DNA of 64,000 bases from Neoechinorhynchus agilis. Lineage: Eukaryota > Animalia > Acanthocephala. A program made the position numbers and the translations under genes. Numbering within the stretch: the first letter of the stretch is position 1; the number at the start of each line of letters is the position of its first letter. The notes under the pieces are model-generated. The model saw only the letters and a list, made by a program, of their open reading frames with translations, ran no database searches and was not told where the DNA came from. This document shows positions 58,931 through 64,000 of the stretch, in pieces. Location: positions 6,488,784 through 6,552,783 of the forward strand of contig CM121341.1 of NCBI GenBank assembly GCA_051530055.1, given 5' to 3'.

Positions 58931-59480
58931 CTTGTGAAGAAATTATTATAGTTTCAGTTTCAATTAGCGATGTTTTAATCAGAAATAGATTTATATTAAA
59001 GAAATTTCGGCCTTTTCGTTGGCCTTCTTCAGTCAATTGTTCGTGGGGTTCTTTTTTGTTAAAATGGGTAGCGAATTCCAAATTCAGAACGTCATTTAAT
59101 AAATATTTTACCGACTAAAATCAAGAGATACCTCGTCTCCAAATATTCCCAAGTATTTTCTCTCCTGATGAATAATGGCGAATATTGTACGATTTTTCAA
59201 AGTTTTTGTAAACTCAAATTTTTGTCGTTTCTTTATTTTGCTACACTTTAACATAAAAAAGCGCACTTTTTTGCACCATTGTTTTTTGTTCAATGGCATA
59301 GAATTTCGTCCCTCGTTGAACATCTTTTCGAATATTTTGAAAAGCTTACTACCAATGTAATTGTTAAGAATATATGAACACAGACTCAATAAGCTCAGGT
59401 CTAGGTTGAAATGATATTTTTTTTCGATAGAATTCTTTATACGTACGCTCAATTCGTTTCTTTATTGCAGGAAACGTTCG

Positions 59481-62151
59481 ATGAGTATAAATCGACCGTC
59501 TGTGCGCATTCTACGTTTCTTCAGACAGATGAGTAGTTCTTTAAAAGACGAAGGTTCAGTTCAATTCACTCAACTGGTACCACATCTTCCTTCCTACATC
59601 AAACCGAGATTAGATGAATGGGAAAAACTGAAAATTAAAGCGGTTAAACGTTTGCCGTTCGAGAGACCAGTAAAAGTTAATTTTGTGAACGTACCACTTA
59701 TAAAATCGAGTACAATAACCGCATCGACGTCTCAAACACCTCTCGATCTTATAAGTGACTTATGTCCAAAACTAGCCAAGGAAACCGTCGCCGTCAGTGT
59801 AAATGGCCATCTATGGGATGCTACGCGTCTTTTAGAAACCGATTGCACGATTGAAGTCCACACGTTTAATGATGAGAAAGGTCGTGAAGTTTGTTTGCAT
59901 TCGTCTGCTCATATCTTGGGAGAAGCGATGGAGCTTAATTTGGCCGGAGATCTATGTTATGGCCCAACAATAGAAGACGGATTTTACTATGACATGTTCA
60001 TGCCTGATGGACGGACCGTATCCAGCCACGACTTACCTAACATTGAAAAGTTATGTGAAAAAATTATTAAGTATGCTCAACCTTTTGAACGACTGGTTCT
60101 CACTAAACCGCAACTATTACAACTTTTTCAATACAATCCATTCAAACGAAGAATTATCGAGGAGAAAATCCAAACGGCGACGGCGACTGCATATCGATGT
60201 GGAACTCTGGTTGATCTGTGTCGTGGTCCACATATTCCAAACACTGCATTGATTGGAGCTCTAAAGGTTGTAAAGAACAGTGCTTCTTTTTGGGAAGGCG
60301 ATGTTAAAAAGGAACAACTTCAAAGAATCTATGGTATATCGTTTTCGGACCGGAAAAAAATGAGAGAATGGGTACGTTTTCAAGAAGAAGCTGCTAAACG
60401 AAATCATAAGAAGATCGGAAATGAACAAGAACTTTTCTTTTTCCACGAAATGAGTCCAGGAAGCTGTTTCTTTTATCCAAGGGGAACTCACATCTATAAT
60501 CAACTTGTAAGTCAGTCGTTTCTCGCATTTTGGGCTATCTGTAATTTTGTAAGATCGATTTTGACGTTACACCATAAAATATTCACTGCAGGCTCATTTA
60601 AGATCCATAGTCTTGCAATAATGTTGAACAACTCTATTAGCTAGAGACTGTTTTCTTTTGCAAAATTGGCATCGAGCGACTGAAATAAATCTGATTAAAG
60701 AGGAGTATCATAAACGCGAATTCACGGAGGTAATAACTCCAAACATCTTTAATCATAAACTATGGGTTCAATCAGGACATTGGGAACACTACTCTGAGAA
60801 CATGTTTTCATTCGAATCCGAAGGAATTAAGTTTGCTCTTAAACCAATGAATTGCCCTGGACATTGTTTGATGTTTCAGTCACGACTGCGATCGTGGCGT
60901 GAATTGCCGATCAGATACGCCGATTTCGGTGCACTTCATCGAAATGAACTTTCAGGTTCTCTATCGGGTCTGACTCGAGTCCGTCGATTCCAGCAAGATG
61001 ATGCTCACATATTTTGTTCTACGAGTCAGCTAAAAGCTGAGATCATTGGATGCCTCGATTTTATGCGAACCATATATGCTATTTTTGGATTTAATTTTAA
61101 ACTGCAGTTGTCTACGAGACCGGAAAAGTATTTGGGAGACATTGAGACTTGGAACGACGCTGAAAACCAATTAAAAGAAGCACTGAACGAATCAAAGGAA
61201 GAATGGGAGCTTAATGCAGGTGATGGCGCATTTTATGGTCCAAAAATCGATGTTCATATCTCAGATGCGTTACAAAGGGGATTTTCCTTCACATTGGGGT
61301 TGCATCAGAAATTTTTTGTGCCCTATCCCGAATCAATAATCATTTAGTCCAATATCATTTGTCTGTAAAGGATGGTCGCAAAGTGCCTTGAAGAAAGTTC
61401 GATACTCTTGAAGTGGGAAATACTCTGAAGCTCATCGTAATAATTGCTCATGTTAATATTGTGAACCAATAAGCGATTTTTTTCGATTTCTGTTAACTAA
61501 ACACTTGACGAAATATCCTCTTTTTTAAAGCGTTGGCATCAATGCGCCACTGTTCAGCTCGATTTCCAACTTCCAATTCGATTTGGTCTTGAGTTTATGA
61601 CAGGTGAAAGCGCAGATTCGAAATCTCGTCCTGTTATAATTCATCGAGCTATTCTCGGTTCCGTTGAACGCCTAATTGCAATAATAACCGAGCATTTTGG
61701 TGGACGATGGCCCTTTTGGCTGTCACCTCGACAAGTTGCCGTAGTGCCAATTACTGGTGATTTTGATCAATACGCAGAAAAGGTATGTGTATCATTGAAG
61801 CCATTGTCTAAAATTCATTTTAGGTGCATCGCCGATTTCGCGCAGTTGGGTTTATGAGTGAAGCGAAACTGGAAGCTTCTGAGTCCCTGAACAAGAAGAT
61901 TAGAAGAGCACAGCTTGAGCAGTTTAATTTCATTCTCGGTATGTTTGTTTAGAATTTACAGCCTATAAAATTAATTTATCCAATTCTATGCAGTTGTTGG
62001 CGCAAAAGAACAAGAAGCTGGGACAGTTAATGTGCGAACAAGGGACAATCAGCAACTCGGTGAAATGGACGTCGATACCGTTATAAGTCGCATGAGATTA
62101 CTCGTGGAATCACGATGCCTTAGTTCGGAGATCCAATTTACCAAACTATAG
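59481..62151 (+). CDS. TARS1: Threonyl-tRNA synthetase (5 exons proposed)
   Basis: TGS domain, [83 protein letters not shown] and an anticodon-binding domain. Confidence 0.95.
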
Positions 62152-62989
62152 AATGAAAAATTCTTACATTTCCTACTTGCATGTCGGCTAAGATCTTTTT
62201 CAAAGAATAAGCAGGGGTCCCCTCTTTTTGTTTTAATCATTGTGATTGCTGATTTTTGTACTTGACCTTCCAGTTTTCATTATTTATTATCAAGGCCTCA
62301 TACACTCTTGTTAGTTTGTGACATCTTCTTTTTCGGCCTTACGGTCATATTCCTTTGTATCCTTTCGGCTGACTTATCCTAATCCCTCTCCATGCAAGTG
62401 TCCCGAGGGTTTTTTATTATTAAAGAGTCGACCCTAAACCCCAGGATTCCGGCGTAGGGACGGATTCAGGAAGGAACTTTAACACAACGGAGGCGCTCAG
62501 CCGCACTCGATGGGCCAGGACCAACCCACTTTTGGGGCCGATGAGTGATCTCAAAACCTGACCCCACCCCTTCCAGCAGCCTAGCACACCCGTGGAACCC
62601 AGCGACCGGTGGCGTTGAACCTTCGACATATCAAGCGCATTATGAACGCGCTTATGCCACACGGGCACTGGGCCCTCGGTTTCATTAATGCCCGCACACT
62701 TTAAACCAATAATAATACTTGGTTTTTGTTTTGTAGAAACCGTTTTGACAAAAACATAAAAAACAACCAATATAAAGAGATAATGGAGGGAAAACGGGCT
62801 TTTTTGAACGTTGATGATGAACACTGGACGGCGGCGATACGACCATTCGACCTGACACGGCTGACGACGAATAGAAACGACCGATTTGAACACCGTGAAT
62901 GGAATTGGGTGAGCGTTGAAGGTCATATCATTTTTGGTAGTGGTAATCTTTTGCGAGCCAGGAAAGCGCATAAAATCACACTTTATACG

Positions 62990-63510
62990 CTGCTGATCTA
63001 TACGGTTTCGAGTTTTGTACGAATCCCTCCAGATCCTCAGATATATCCCGGGGAGAGACGATTGTCATCAGTGAGTTTCCACTGTTTTTAAGTATTCAAG
63101 TGGCCATAATTAAAAAAGGCTGATTGTTTTGTTTGGGCACACAGCCCACCGATCTGAGCCAGGGACCCTGCTGATCTATACGGTTTCGAGTTTTGTACGA
63201 ATCCCTCCAGATCCTCAGATATATCCCGGGGAGAGATGATTGTCATCAGTGAGTTTCCACTGTTTTTAAGTATTCAAGTGGCCATAATTAAAAAAGGCTG
63301 ATTGTTTTGTTTGGGCACACAGCCCACCGATCTGAGCCAGGGACCCTGCTGATCTATACGGTTTCGAGTTTTGTACGAATCCCTCCAGATCACAGCCCAC
63401 CGATCTGAGCCAGGGACCCTGCTGATCTATACGGTTTCGAGTTTTGTACGAATCCCTCCAGATCTTCAGATATATCCCGGGGAGAGACGATTGTCATCAG
63501 TGAGTTTCAT
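62990..63510. repeat. 178-bp tandem repeat (2 full + partial copies)
   Basis: CTGCTGATCTATACGGTTTCGAG... recurs at about 62991, 63169, 63347 and 63419. Confidence 0.9.
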
Positions 63511-63819
63511 TCAATATTCGCTCCTATTAATTGTTATATACCTCATACGACTTAATTCTTGAGTTTTTAAAATCGTTAATGGAAGTCTAATACCGAAATC
63601 TTAAGTTCTTTCTTTTTAACTTGAACGAGTGCACAATGCCTGGAAAGTAAGAAACTTTAAAAATTGTTTCACAAGGAAATTCGGTATGGGTCTTTTTGAA
63701 AGCGTTAACTCTAATCTTAGGAATGAAGTGGCAAGGTGTTATCGCGGAACTTTAAGAGAATTCTTGAAGGAAACAAGGTATTATTAATCCCAGGTGTACT
63801 TTCCTGATTTACTTATAGT

Positions 63820-64000
63820 TTGCATTACTTCTTAAAGTGAGAGGGATTAAAGTAGGATTCCGATAACCGTCTTCAATACCTGGCTTGATATTCGGTTTCC
63901 TTTTTGTCCTTAATATCACAAACATGACAATGGCAGCCATAAATATGGTCGTTATCACAATTAGGACGACAACGGTTACCATGTGCCGAATTTCGTGTCC
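63820..64000 (-). CDS. Partial exon of a probable single-pass membrane protein (continues beyond the window)
   Basis: Open frame HMVTVVVLIVITTIFMAAIVMFVIL-RTKRK...GYRNP: a hydrophobic helix followed by a basic stop-transfer. Confidence 0.45.

Noticed and set aside
59108-59452. 114-aa minus-strand ORF upstream of TARS
   Set aside because: AT-rich, low-complexity, non-ATG start and no homology recognisable by eye.

Overview
Eukaryotic (metazoan-type) DNA from a compact genome with mostly 30-60 nt GT-AG introns; the species cannot be determined from the sequence. Housekeeping genes: HMCES/SRAP, a pancreatic-lipase-family gene, CHORDC1, a SUN-domain gene, RFK, MRPL9 and threonyl-tRNA synthetase. 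They frame a repeat-rich, segmentally duplicated zone holding two amplified, intronless secreted families. The first is seven LRR genes (six open, one pseudogene) that vary in patches on the LRR beta-strand face. The second is four signal-peptide/propeptide precursors with furin-type sites and swappable peptide modules. The main new observation, split across several ORF-track fragments, is a spliced 4-exon Pax-like gene encoding only the PAI half of the paired domain fused to a Gly50 homeodomain. It lies head-to-head with LRR genes, and the pair was duplicated as a unit (3 near-complete copies plus remnants). Also present: a 5 x 246-bp array with Pol III A/B boxes and a long terminal stem, a Penelope-like element ending in a hammerhead-ribozyme motif, an operon-like MRPL9-RFK pair 36 bp apart, several introns with no clean GT-AG solution, many LINE/LTR relics and three other tandem arrays. 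All alignments and gene models were made by eye; TE and repeat boundaries are approximate.
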